DNA of 64,000 bases from a virus (IMGVR_UViG_3300024262_005408:1912-65911); one strand, 5' to 3'. Shown: positions 46,627 to 56,394, counted from the first letter of the stretch. A program made the numbers and translations. Notes: generated by a model not told the origin, from the sequence alone.

Positions 46627-47168
46627 CAAACTTAGTAAATGATATTCCTATTGGGGTAGATTCACCTTTAATAGTAAATGCAGTTGTGGAAGTTGAAAAG
46701 GATAGCAATTCAAAATATGAATATGATGAGGAGCTTAATATTTTTAAACTTAGCAGATGTCTATATAGCAGTATGAGATACACTTGTTCTTATGGATTTA
46801 TCCCCCAAACGTATGCTTTAGATGACGACCCATTGGATGTATTGATATATAATAATGTACCGTTACGCACTAGTACTTTAGTAGACGTAAAACCAATTGG
46901 TGTTTTGGATATGGATGACACGGGGAAAAAAGATTATAAAGTCGTAGGTGTTCCTACTTCACATATTAAAGATTATAAAAGTTTAAAAGATTTAGATCCT
47001 CATTGGCTAGCAACTACTTTACAATTTTTTACTCATTATAAAGATTTAGAAAAGGGTAAAATTTCTATTGTTAATGGTTGGTTGGGTAAATCTCAAACAA
47101 AAAAAATAATTATTGAAGCAAATAAAAGATGGAAAAAAAAATTGAGTTCTCGGTTGCCTGATCTATAA
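46623..47168 (+). CDS. ppa: Family I inorganic pyrophosphatase
   Basis: KYEYD, YGFIPQT, DDDPLDV, DYKVV, FFTHYKDLE. Confidence 0.93.
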   Translation: MTNLVNDIPIGVDSPLIVNAVVEVEKDSNSKYEYDEELNIFKLSRCLYSSMRYTCSYGFIPQTYALDDDPLDVLIYNNVPLRTSTLVDVKPIGVLDMDDTGKKDYKVVGVPTSHIKDYKSLKDLDPHWLATTLQFFTHYKDLEKGKISIVNGWLGKSQTKKIIIEANKRWKKKLSSRLPDL

Positions 47169-47169
47169 T
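47142..47169 (+). promoter_or_regulatory. Sigma70-like promoter TTGAGT-16-TATAAT, 7 nt before the DUF366 ATG
   Basis: Read directly. Confidence 0.7.
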
Positions 47170-47176
47170 ATATCAT

Positions 47177-47770
47177 ATGGATTTTAATATCGATAAATAC
47201 GACGGCAATTTGCTTCATGATAGGTTTGCATACAAATTCTTTAAAGATAAGGTATTACCTATAGGGAATATTTTATGTTTTAGAGCGCCAATGGAAGTTT
47301 TGGCTGATGGTATGATTGATCAAGAAGATATTGATCGACAAGAGTTTATTTGGAGTGATGATGCAATAAACTTTCTATGGGAAATTCCTATTTTAGACAA
47401 TGCATTTGGTGCAGTTGCATATCAAAGACTTTTTAACACTCATATTGCTAATATTCTAAGTAGTGTGAAATATTTAAATTGTCCTGTAAGGATGGATGGT
47501 GATGATATCATGGTGGAAAAAGAATTTACACAAGGTGGTGTTACTCAGCAAGAAGGTAAAGTAAGTGTGAGTATCACTTATGTTAAATCTGGTATTGCTT
47601 TGGGTCATACTGCTCTTAATATAAAAGCTGGTAAGAAGGCACCTGCATTTGCATTTAGTACAGAATTTAATGACGAGTCAGCAGAAGAGTTTATGAAAGA
47701 TGTACAGAAACTCTTTTATGAATTAAATGATGACATGTTCATTGCCGGCGCGAAAGTGATAATTAAGTAA
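47177..47770 (+). CDS. DUF366-like protein (class II aaRS/biotin-lipoate ligase-like fold)
   Basis: YDGNLLH, MIDQED, YQRL, GDDI, GKVSVSI, GHTALNI. Confidence 0.65.
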   Translation: MDFNIDKYDGNLLHDRFAYKFFKDKVLPIGNILCFRAPMEVLADGMIDQEDIDRQEFIWSDDAINFLWEIPILDNAFGAVAYQRLFNTHIANILSSVKYLNCPVRMDGDDIMVEKEFTQGGVTQQEGKVSVSITYVKSGIALGHTALNIKAGKKAPAFAFSTEFNDESAEEFMKDVQKLFYELNDDMFIAGAKVIIK

Positions 47771-47811
47771 CCATCTTTAAAAAAGTCATCACTAAAGCCA
47801 TAAATAATATT

Positions 47812-48624
47812 ATGAACGATTATTATGGTTTTATATATCTCTGGACCAATACCCATCCCGATGTAAAAAAGCACAGTAAGTATATAGGTCAACACATCGG
47901 TAATGAAAATGATGGGTATATCGGTTCCGGGGTAATTTTTAAAAAAAGATATTATGCTAAAAAATATAAAGGTTTTTGGGTAAGAACTATTTTAACATAT
48001 TGTAGTAATTTAGATGAGATTAATAATGCAGAAGCTTTTTGGATTCATAGATATAATGCAGTATTAAATGAAGATTTTTGTAATTGTAGGTTCGGAGGAA
48101 AAAATTCAAAACATGGTCCGGGTACATTAGAAAAAATATCTTTAAGTTGTAAAGGAAGAACCCCATGGAACAAAGGTAAAGTAGGGGTTTTAGTTCAAAC
48201 AAAAGCTTCTATCGAAAAACGAATTAAAACTCTTATAAAGAACAAAAACTACGATAAAAGAGATCAACAAATTTTAGATTATATAACTGAAAATACTTGG
48301 TATAAATTATCCGAACATACTTTTTTATCAAAACTAAAAGACGCTAATTGTATAAAAAGATTGAGAAATAAAAAATTAATTAAACTCGAATATTTTGGAC
48401 TTAACGATGTTAGGTATGTTTTACCAGATTGGAGTATAGAAAATCAGATTTATAATTTTATAAAAAATAATGATAAATGTACAAAAAAAGAAGTAGTTGA
48501 TTATGCTACAGATAAAGTTATAATTAAGAAGTGTAAAGTGAATACAGTAATGTGTAAAATGGTAAAAGAAAACAAACTAATTAATAATAGAGGTTATAGA
48601 GTTAATCTCTGGTCAATTAAGTAA
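47812..48624 (+). mobile_element. Free-standing Seg-like GIY-YIG homing endonuclease with NUMOD3-like repeat
   Basis: GFIYLWTN...KYIGQH, YIGSG, KISLSCKGRTPWNKGK; flanked by 10-bp direct repeats AATTAAGTAA. Confidence 0.8.
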
Positions 48625-48628
48625 TATT

Positions 48629-48769
48629 ATGAAATATAGGTTTATGATGATAATCAATTGGTTTAGATATTTGAGAGAATTGTACGAATATCATACTTGG
48701 CAAAAACATTTATACAAATATCAAGAAAAATTAAAAGGTGCAAAGTTGTTAGGTACTGATTTGAAGTGA
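48629..48769 (+). CDS. Small hypothetical protein (46 aa)
   Basis: Not in the ORF track; MKYRFMMIINWFRYLRELYE...; GTGA overlap with the next gene. Confidence 0.4.
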   Translation: MKYRFMMIINWFRYLRELYEYHTWQKHLYKYQEKLKGAKLLGTDLK

Positions 48770-49167
48770 ATACTATTTTTACATTTATAAATGATATAAT
48801 ATTCGGTAAAAAAGGAGACGTTATAGAAAACGTAGAGGATGAAGATCAGTTTAATGGCTATCTTGTTAATCGTTGGGTTAGTATGTACTCTCCAGACAAT
48901 GCATCTATAATTAATGAAACAACTAACAAATATTATAATGTATTTGATTCAAAAAAAGAATGGTATGAATATCTTGTAAAAATTATACCAAAAGGTTCTC
49001 CTGGTCGTATTCATTATATTAAAAAAGAAAAGAGAAAAGATATACAAAATTATGATGAAATAGTAAAATTTTTGGCTAAAAAATTTGAAATTTCTAAAAG
49101 AGAAGTGCAGCAGTATGTTGATAGCGGCCAAGTAGACATGACTAATATTAAACTGGCATTGAAATAA
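48766..49167 (+). CDS. gp62: Clamp-loader small subunit-like protein (T4 gp62)
   Basis: FNGYLVNRWVSM, YIKK, FLAKKFEISKRE resemble gp62. Confidence 0.65.
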   Translation: MNTIFTFINDIIFGKKGDVIENVEDEDQFNGYLVNRWVSMYSPDNASIINETTNKYYNVFDSKKEWYEYLVKIIPKGSPGRIHYIKKEKRKDIQNYDEIVKFLAKKFEISKREVQQYVDSGQVDMTNIKLALK

Positions 49168-49191
49168 CGTATTAATATAATAAGTCTTTAC

Positions 49192-49602
49192 ATGCCACAA
49201 AAAAGTATAGACTTATTAACACCTAAAAGAAGCCTTATTGATCTTTCGGAACCCTCAGAAGGTTCATTTGATTCTGCAATCATTGGTTATCAAATGTGTA
49301 CATTAATGGAAGATGTAATTCTTTGCAAATATAAAGATGAAACAGAAGATGGTAAATGTCTTGTAAGAAACGGTATTCATATTCCTTTAAACACCGATAC
49401 AAAAGCATGGCGTATCGGGGAAGTATTGCTAGCAGGTACAAAGACAGAATATGTAAAACCCGGGGATCATATTTGTTTTCCAAATAATTTAGGAATTCCT
49501 ATTGCCAATATTGAAGTTGATGGTATTGGTAAAGTTAGAAAGGGTATTTTTCTTAACGAAAGTAGAATTTTTGGAATAGTAAAACCTTTTGAAAACAAGT
49601 AG
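49192..49602 (+). CDS. GroES-like co-chaperonin
   Basis: RNGIHIP mobile loop, GEVLLAG, VKPGDHI, LNESRIFGIV. Confidence 0.7.
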   Translation: MPQKSIDLLTPKRSLIDLSEPSEGSFDSAIIGYQMCTLMEDVILCKYKDETEDGKCLVRNGIHIPLNTDTKAWRIGEVLLAGTKTEYVKPGDHICFPNNLGIPIANIEVDGIGKVRKGIFLNESRIFGIVKPFENK

Positions 49603-49966
49603 ATCACAACTATTAACTCTTCTTAAAAATAATGTATGTGAAGTAAAATTTGCTAGAAGAGTATTTAAAGCAGGAGCTCCTCCTACTAGAAGGATGCTTT
49701 GTACTAATAGTTTTACACTTTTGAATAGCGAAAACGGGCGATTGACGCTAAATTTTAGACCTACAGCAAATTTTCAAGATTATGATCCAGCAATAAAAAA
49801 TTTAATTATCGTATGGGATATTTTTATGCAAAATTATCGACAAATTAATTGTAATAACGTTGATTTAATAAAAACAATTCCCGCCGATGATGAATTTTGG
49901 ACTTATTATGTAGATAATTTAGAAAATCTCTCTCAACAAGAAAAAATTAATTTCCAAAATACATAA
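49589..49966 (+). CDS. WYL_2/DUF2693-like SH3-fold phage protein
   Basis: CEVKF, RRMLCT, VWDI...YRQI. Confidence 0.55.
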   Translation: MKTSRSQLLTLLKNNVCEVKFARRVFKAGAPPTRRMLCTNSFTLLNSENGRLTLNFRPTANFQDYDPAIKNLIIVWDIFMQNYRQINCNNVDLIKTIPADDEFWTYYVDNLENLSQQEKINFQNT

Positions 49967-50313
49967 TGGTAGTAAAACTCATAGAAGAAGTCGAGGAAAA
50001 GTTTCATAAATTTTTTTTGAATGATATATGTTTTGATATTGAAGGTAAAATTATCAAAAAAGGTAAACTTATTAATGTAAATATAAAGGATTTTTTTCTT
50101 GAATTTAAGTTAGAAGTACAAAAAGGAGGCATAAAATCGTTTGAGGTCCCTTATCCTTATGAATTATTAGATTATGAGAATTGTATTGTTTTTGATTATA
50201 ACCTTAATAAATTTGTTTTTAACGATATAGTTAGATTAGCAAAAGTAAAAAGATTAAAACCTAAGAAAAATTCAAAATTTTATGATGTAAAAATGGTTTT
50301 AAAAAAATTATGA
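49966..50313 (+). CDS. Hypothetical protein
   Basis: 115 aa ORF, translationally coupled to the previous gene. Confidence 0.55.
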   Translation: MVVKLIEEVEEKFHKFFLNDICFDIEGKIIKKGKLINVNIKDFFLEFKLEVQKGGIKSFEVPYPYELLDYENCIVFDYNLNKFVFNDIVRLAKVKRLKPKKNSKFYDVKMVLKKL

Positions 50314-50621
50314 CTTTAAAATATTTTAGTGTTTTTAGTGGTGAAGTATACGATTTACAAAAAGAGTATACAAATTTTTTGGATTGTGGTCAATTAAAAA
50401 TTACCGACAACCCTAAATCAAACTGCAAACGTTGCCATGGCAGAGGCTTTACTGGAAGAGATTCTTCTACTGGTCACTATAGTATGTGCCGGTGTGTTTT
50501 GAGAAATGCTTCAGATGATCTACTTGCAGAAATGTCAACACATCAAGTTGACGATGTTCAGATGCATACAAAGAAAGATAATTTTGATAGTATAGTTGAT
50601 GGTGTTTACAGTGCCAATTAG
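50310..50621 (+). CDS. Zinc-finger hypothetical protein
   Basis: CKRCHGRG...CRC. Confidence 0.55.
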   Translation: MTLKYFSVFSGEVYDLQKEYTNFLDCGQLKITDNPKSNCKRCHGRGFTGRDSSTGHYSMCRCVLRNASDDLLAEMSTHQVDDVQMHTKKDNFDSIVDGVYSAN

Positions 50622-50649
50622 TTGACTGCTTATTGAGTCCATATATACT
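50622..50649 (+). promoter_or_regulatory. Sigma70-like promoter TTGACT-16-TATACT, 7 nt before the DinG-like ATG
   Basis: Read directly. Confidence 0.7.
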
Positions 50650-50656
50650 AAGTAAT

Positions 50657-52285
50657 ATGTTCAGCAAGTATGTGGCAAAATTTCCATACGGGTATAATCC
50701 ATCTAATTCGCAAGTAACGCTTTTAAAAGAAATTGAAAAGGCGTATGAAGATGGTTACAAATACGTAATCGTTTCAGCTCCTACTGGAACCGGTAAAAGC
50801 TTTATACCGAGAACTTTAGGTAACGTTGGTGCTAACCCAACAAAGCATTTTAAGGAGCTAATAAACTCCTATGAAGCATATCGAAAAGACCAACATGGAA
50901 ATTATATTTTTGAAAAAGATTGTTTAAGTGAGCCTGCATTTGGGACGTTTGCATTAACCATTACAAAGCAATTACAGGATCAATATAAATTGTTGTTTGA
51001 TGATATAGAAATATTAAAAGGTAAACAAAATTATATATGTACTGTTGATGAAAGTTTTAATGTTGATACAGCTCCATGTATTCATACACCTAAATTAAAA
51101 AACGAATGTTGGGCAAAGAATAGTTGTACGTATTTTTCAAATAGAAATAATTCTTTATCAAATCCGTTTGCTGTTTTAAATTACAAAATGTTTATGGCAT
51201 TACCACAGCATGTTAAACGTAGAAATTTTATTGTGTGTGACGAAGCTTCAGAATTAGAAGAAGAATTGGTCAGACGATTTAGTGCTGAAATAGATTACAA
51301 ACGGTTAGATTTATATAACATTGAGTATAGTAAACTACGATCTGAAAAATACGATATCCAATACAGGTGGCTTATAAATTTAATTTTTGTTATAAGTGAA
51401 AAAGCGAATGAGTTAACTAATAAAAATTCAAGTAAAATAAATGTATTATCTCTCTCAGAAGCAAATAAGTTAAAGTATCTTAAAATGCTTCACGGCGATT
51501 TAACAACAGTAGAACAAACTTGGCATAAATGTGAGTACGTTGTTGATACTAAGTCGGATAGAGTGAGCTTTACCCCTCTGAAAATTGATAACTTAAGCAA
51601 GCATATATTTGATTATGGTGATAATATTTTATTAATGTCTGCCACAATTACAGACCACAAAGCATATGCTAAAGGGTTAGGTATTAAAAAGTACAAATAT
51701 ATAGAATCACCATCGGTATTTGATCCAAAGAAGTCACCGGTTTATCTTTCTTCTAAACCGGTACTCAACTATCAAAATTTACAAAGATTTTTACCGGTGT
51801 TGGCAAAAAATGTTCAAGATTTGTGCGATCATCACAAGGATGAAAAAGGTATTATACATACCCATTCATTAGAGATATGTAATTATTTACAAACCAAATT
51901 AGTCGGTGATAGATTTTTGTTTAGAGAACAAACAGCAAATAATGAAAAGATTTTAAAAGAGCATTTTAGAACATCCAAACCTACTGTGTTAGTATCACCT
52001 TCTTTAGGTTTTGGTACTGATTTAAATGCTGAAAAGGGTAGATTTCAAATTATTGTTAAAACACCGTACCCACCGTTATCAAATAAACGTATCAAAAAGA
52101 TGTTTGATATGGATAAAGATTGGTATTCAAACAAAACTTTAAGTGCATTGGTTCAGACTACAGGTAGGTGCACACGTTCAAAAGCTGATTACGCAGTTAC
52201 TTATGTTTTAGATGGTAAAGCGAGAACTTTGATATCACAAAATAAAACAAAGCTACCTAAACATTTCATTGAACGTTTGGTCTGA
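50657..52285 (+). CDS. DinG/XPD-family SF2 helicase
   Basis: APTGTGKS, KGKQNYIC with four-Cys Fe-S region, DEAS, MSATI, QTTGRCTRSKADY; start reassigned to 50657. Confidence 0.88.
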   Translation: MFSKYVAKFPYGYNPSNSQVTLLKEIEKAYEDGYKYVIVSAPTGTGKSFIPRTLGNVGANPTKHFKELINSYEAYRKDQHGNYIFEKDCLSEPAFGTFALTITKQLQDQYKLLFDDIEILKGKQNYICTVDESFNVDTAPCIHTPKLKNECWAKNSCTYFSNRNNSLSNPFAVLNYKMFMALPQHVKRRNFIVCDEASELEEELVRRFSAEIDYKRLDLYNIEYSKLRSEKYDIQYRWLINLIFVISEKANELTNKNSSKINVLSLSEANKLKYLKMLHGDLTTVEQTWHKCEYVVDTKSDRVSFTPLKIDNLSKHIFDYGDNILLMSATITDHKAYAKGLGIKKYKYIESPSVFDPKKSPVYLSSKPVLNYQNLQRFLPVLAKNVQDLCDHHKDEKGIIHTHSLEICNYLQTKLVGDRFLFREQTANNEKILKEHFRTSKPTVLVSPSLGFGTDLNAEKGRFQIIVKTPYPPLSNKRIKKMFDMDKDWYSNKTLSALVQTTGRCTRSKADYAVTYVLDGKARTLISQNKTKLPKHFIERLV

Positions 52286-52298
52286 ATAAATAATAAAA

Positions 52299-53123
52299 AT
52301 GCGGTGGAAGTCAAATTATTTCGAAATTCAGGATTTAATTATTCAATTTGCGAATGCTTTTGACTCTATAGTTATTGGAAGATATAACAAAAATAGGGTA
52401 CAAAAAGATCGAATATATGTTAGATATCTCTATGCTCCTAAACAACGAGTATTATATGATCTTATAAACGAAGCAAAAACAATAACATTACCAGTTGTTG
52501 CTATTAGTATCAATAGTATGTCAAGGGATAATGATAGAGTTTTTAATAAATTACCCGCTGTAGGTCAATCTGGTTCAGGTAATGCTTTTTATTATCAAGA
52601 TAATTTTACACATGATAAGTATAATGCCCCTACACCCGTTAACATAAATGTAAACTTTAGTATCTTAACCCGATACCAGTTAGATATGGACCAAATTCTT
52701 AGTAATTTTATTCCTTATACAAACCCATATGTTATTATTAGTTGGCCTGTACCTAAAGCATTAACAAGTTTAGTAGAAGCTCAAGAAATTAGAAGTGAAG
52801 TATTGTGGGATGGAAATATTAATTTACAGTACCCGTTAGAATTAAGAGCAAGTGATAAGGCCAGAATTATAGCCGACACTACCTTTACAATAAAAGGTTG
52901 GATATTTCCTGCGTCCGAAACACCTATTGATAATATATACAAAGTTACAACCAATTGGTACCCTGTTAGTGGTACTGAGCGTACTGGTACAGTACTTACA
53001 TCAGATAATTTTCCATCACTTAATACACAATTATCAGGTGACCCCGGAATGGATACATTTACAATTTCAGCTTTCCCTGATGAAATAGAAGTATTTAGAA
53101 CAACACAAGATCAAGGCCCATGA
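52299..53123 (+). CDS. gp15: Tail terminator / sheath stabiliser (T4 gp15-like)
   Basis: QFANAFDSIVI, YAPKQR, TLPVVAI, PTPVNINVNFSILTRYQLDMDQIL; TAAATA at 52287. Confidence 0.8.
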   Translation: MRWKSNYFEIQDLIIQFANAFDSIVIGRYNKNRVQKDRIYVRYLYAPKQRVLYDLINEAKTITLPVVAISINSMSRDNDRVFNKLPAVGQSGSGNAFYYQDNFTHDKYNAPTPVNINVNFSILTRYQLDMDQILSNFIPYTNPYVIISWPVPKALTSLVEAQEIRSEVLWDGNINLQYPLELRASDKARIIADTTFTIKGWIFPASETPIDNIYKVTTNWYPVSGTERTGTVLTSDNFPSLNTQLSGDPGMDTFTISAFPDEIEVFRTTQDQGP

Positions 53124-54769
53124 GAAGAGCAATACCTTTATTAGTAAGACAAGAAAGCCTTTTAGGTAAAAATACTATAGTATTTACTCAAAACCCTACT
53201 ACTTTTGTTTTTGATTCTCCTTGGTTAAAACCTGCAGGTGTACAAGGCTTACAAAAATATTATCAGGTTTTTTTGAGTGCTGCAAATCCAGATACGTTTT
53301 TTTCGGGCAACTTATCTTCTACCCCTTTAAGCAGTGTAGACTATTTTTCAGAAAATAGTACTTTGTCTGCACGGTTCCCTGCATTTAGTGGGTTTAATGT
53401 TGAAGATTTTGGTGGACAAGTAGTAATAGATAATTCAACTCAAGAAATAAAAGTTAATATTTCAGCTTTATCTGCTAGAGCAACAGGGCATTTTCTGTTT
53501 GTAATTACAGCACCTGGTGGGCAAACAATTTGGCCAGTAGCACCTGATTATTATGCACAGAGCTTTTTCGATCCTATTACACCCACACCTACTAAGACAA
53601 GAACAAATACTAGAACGATAACAACTACTCAAACGAGAACTGGTACTCGAAATGTTACTCATACACAGACACTCACACAAACAAAAACATATACTCAAAC
53701 ACCAACACAAAGCGTTACTCCAAGTCAAGGCACAACAAAAACGCCTACGAGAACGAAATCGGTAACACAGACAACTACATACACTGCTACGCCTACTAAT
53801 ACACCTACACAGTCCCAAACGCAGACTCAGACACCTACAAACACACAAACAAGAACACAAACACCATCAACTACTGCAACGGGTTCTCGAACACCTACTC
53901 AAACAATAACACCAACTGCGTCTCCTACATACACACCAACACAAACTCAAACACCTACTCAAACAGCTACACAAACAAGTACTCAAACTCAAACAGGTAC
54001 TCGAGCAGCTTCACCGACAAGAACACCTTCAAGAACCCTTACTCAATCACCCACCCAAACAAAAACAAATACACGTACTTCTACAAATACAGTCACCCCA
54101 TCAAATACATTCACACCAGAACCAACACAAACAAGAACAAGAACAAATACACGTACTCAAACACCAACAAGATCTGTAACACCGACAAAAAATTCATCCC
54201 CTACAAGCACTCAAACTCAAACACCTACATCAACTCAAACATCAACACAAACACCAACCAAATCCCCCGGAGTCACACCAACACAAACTCAAACACCTAC
54301 TCAAACTCAAACACCTACTCAAACACGAACAAGAACAAGAACACCGACACAGACACAATCAACAACACAAACACGAACAGCTACGGTAACGAAATCAATT
54401 ACACAAAGCAAAACAAAGACACAAACACAGACACCTACACAAACACAAACACCTACCCAAACAAGAACAAGAACAAGAACAGAAACACAAAATGCTTCAC
54501 CAACACTAACAATAACAGTAACACAATCAAAAACATTAACTCAGACAGCAACACAGACACCTACACAAACAAGAACACAAACAACCACACGGACACGGAC
54601 ACGGACAGAAACACCTCGATTGACACCAACACCAACACAAACACAGACACAAACAAGGACACCAACACAAACAAGAACAGCTACACAAACACGAACACAA
54701 ACCAGAACACAAACACCGACTAATTTTCATGATTTTGTAAATACTATATGGGTAACCTATGAGGAATAA
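53120..54769 (+). CDS. Mucin-like protein: globular N-terminus plus about 380 aa of alternating Thr-x repeats
   Basis: TQTPTQTQTPT/TRTRT pattern from about residue 153; ACA/CAA-rich DNA. Confidence 0.75.
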   Translation: MRRAIPLLVRQESLLGKNTIVFTQNPTTFVFDSPWLKPAGVQGLQKYYQVFLSAANPDTFFSGNLSSTPLSSVDYFSENSTLSARFPAFSGFNVEDFGGQVVIDNSTQEIKVNISALSARATGHFLFVITAPGGQTIWPVAPDYYAQSFFDPITPTPTKTRTNTRTITTTQTRTGTRNVTHTQTLTQTKTYTQTPTQSVTPSQGTTKTPTRTKSVTQTTTYTATPTNTPTQSQTQTQTPTNTQTRTQTPSTTATGSRTPTQTITPTASPTYTPTQTQTPTQTATQTSTQTQTGTRAASPTRTPSRTLTQSPTQTKTNTRTSTNTVTPSNTFTPEPTQTRTRTNTRTQTPTRSVTPTKNSSPTSTQTQTPTSTQTSTQTPTKSPGVTPTQTQTPTQTQTPTQTRTRTRTPTQTQSTTQTRTATVTKSITQSKTKTQTQTPTQTQTPTQTRTRTRTETQNASPTLTITVTQSKTLTQTATQTPTQTRTQTTTRTRTRTETPRLTPTPTQTQTQTRTPTQTRTATQTRTQTRTQTPTNFHDFVNTIWVTYEE

Positions 54770-54771
54770 AA

Positions 54772-56394
54772 ATGACAGGAATACATTTAAAAGACAAAGC
54801 AAAGGAACTTTTTGATCAAAACTCTAATTGGATTGGAGTTGGTGTTGGTATTAAAGAGGTGGCCGGAGCTACAACCGGGCAGCATGCTGTTACACTTTAC
54901 GTAGAAAATAAAAAACCTCTAGAAGAAGTTGCCGAAGCTGATAGATTTCCTTCTTTTGTAACAGTAGATGGGGTTGACTATCCTACAGATGTAGTGGAGG
55001 AACCAAATCCGGTACCGCTAACTAAGCATGGCCCACCGGATTTTTGTTATACCGGCGCTGATGCCAGTGACCATTGGGAACGTCAAGTACTGCCTTTGAG
55101 TGCTAATAATTCTGTTAGACGACCGCTAATTGGAGGCATTGTAATGTCAACAATACCACCTGCAGGTTACGACGGACCGCGGATGTCCTGGGGTACACTT
55201 GGAGGGTTGGTTGTGGATAATACAGATAATACAATTTGCTGTTTAACTAATATGCACGTTATTGTCCCTATGTATTATTCATCGGAAATGGATGTCTACG
55301 GTGCTTTCACGCCCGGCTCCTTTAAGGGTTCTACTAAATTCTATGACCGTACCGGTTATCAAACAACTTTTAGTTATTTGTGTGCGGGTAGTATATATAG
55401 AAAAGATATTGTAGATGCACCATCCCCTGCAGGTAATAACGGCGGTGTAGAATTAACTGAAGAAATTGGAAACTTACCATTTTATCAATCTGATTTTGAC
55501 CTGCGAAATGATTATGATTCAGCTGAAGCTGCTCTGGCACCATATAAGATTGGTAGTGTAAAAAGAACCAGTTTAATGACGCAGTCTCCTGTAATAACTG
55601 TTAGAATGGATGCAGCTCTACTTACAATAGAGCGTGAAGATGCCAAAAGCGCACAGGACGGAAGTTCAGTAAATTATCAACAAATAGTTGCTGGTGCATC
55701 TCCAGATGGAACTTATGAAGGTACTATTAGAGGTGTAGATTACGGGATGGAATTTGCAACTACTGCAGAAATAGATAGTTTAACCGACACACAATTTTAT
55801 ACTGATGAAAACGGATTGGTACCAGAAGCACAGGACGGTACAAGAGGACCTTCAGTTTTCAGATCCGGTGAACGTCAAGGACCCGTTGGTTCTCCTGGTT
55901 CATTAGCTTCTTATCCTACTGATCAACTTGATTGGTGCCCAGCTGGTATGCTATCAGCATATGATGTCAATTACAATCTTAAGATAAAATATTCTAGCAA
56001 CGCTTCGCATGCCTGGTTATATGACTGTATACACTTTAGAGGCACAGTTAAGGCAGCAGCCGGAGGTGATTCCGGATCTTTTGTATGCGCTAGAATACCT
56101 ATATCGGTGGCCGGCGGCGATCCGTGGGACGGTACCGTTACATATAGCGAGTGGAAGATTATTGGTCAACTTTTTGCCGGTAACGAAGTCACCGCCATCG
56201 CCGCTAGAATAGATAATATGGCAGAGGACTTTGACATAAGGGCTTATAGAGGCACAGGTACTCTAGAGTTTGCTACGTTAGCAAATAAACAAACAAGAAT
56301 AACAACAGGTTATTCAAGCTCCCTTACAATAACATATGATGGTAAAAAGTATTGGCAAGCCGGCAAAACAAATGCCCCTGCTGAAGACGTTTAA
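54772..56394 (+). CDS. Trypsin-like (S1/Nal1-type) serine protease with N-terminal prodomain
   Basis: GTLGGLV, catalytic triad LTNMHV / MDAALL / GGDSGS; prodomain GVGVGIK...YVENKKP...PTDVVE. Confidence 0.75.
   Translation: MTGIHLKDKAKELFDQNSNWIGVGVGIKEVAGATTGQHAVTLYVENKKPLEEVAEADRFPSFVTVDGVDYPTDVVEEPNPVPLTKHGPPDFCYTGADASDHWERQVLPLSANNSVRRPLIGGIVMSTIPPAGYDGPRMSWGTLGGLVVDNTDNTICCLTNMHVIVPMYYSSEMDVYGAFTPGSFKGSTKFYDRTGYQTTFSYLCAGSIYRKDIVDAPSPAGNNGGVELTEEIGNLPFYQSDFDLRNDYDSAEAALAPYKIGSVKRTSLMTQSPVITVRMDAALLTIEREDAKSAQDGSSVNYQQIVAGASPDGTYEGTIRGVDYGMEFATTAEIDSLTDTQFYTDENGLVPEAQDGTRGPSVFRSGERQGPVGSPGSLASYPTDQLDWCPAGMLSAYDVNYNLKIKYSSNASHAWLYDCIHFRGTVKAAAGGDSGSFVCARIPISVAGGDPWDGTVTYSEWKIIGQLFAGNEVTAIAARIDNMAEDFDIRAYRGTGTLEFATLANKQTRITTGYSSSLTITYDGKKYWQAGKTNAPAEDV

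Noticed and set aside
53580-54720. ACACAAAC-type repeats as a possible CRISPR array or satellite
   Set aside because: No constant repeat with unique spacers; the degenerate codon-level periodicity is explained by the Thr-x protein
53468-54802. Cys/Leu-rich minus-strand ORFs (53468..53860, 54536..54802)
   Set aside because: Antisense shadows of the ACA/CAA-rich Thr repeats; no promoter or independent coding signal
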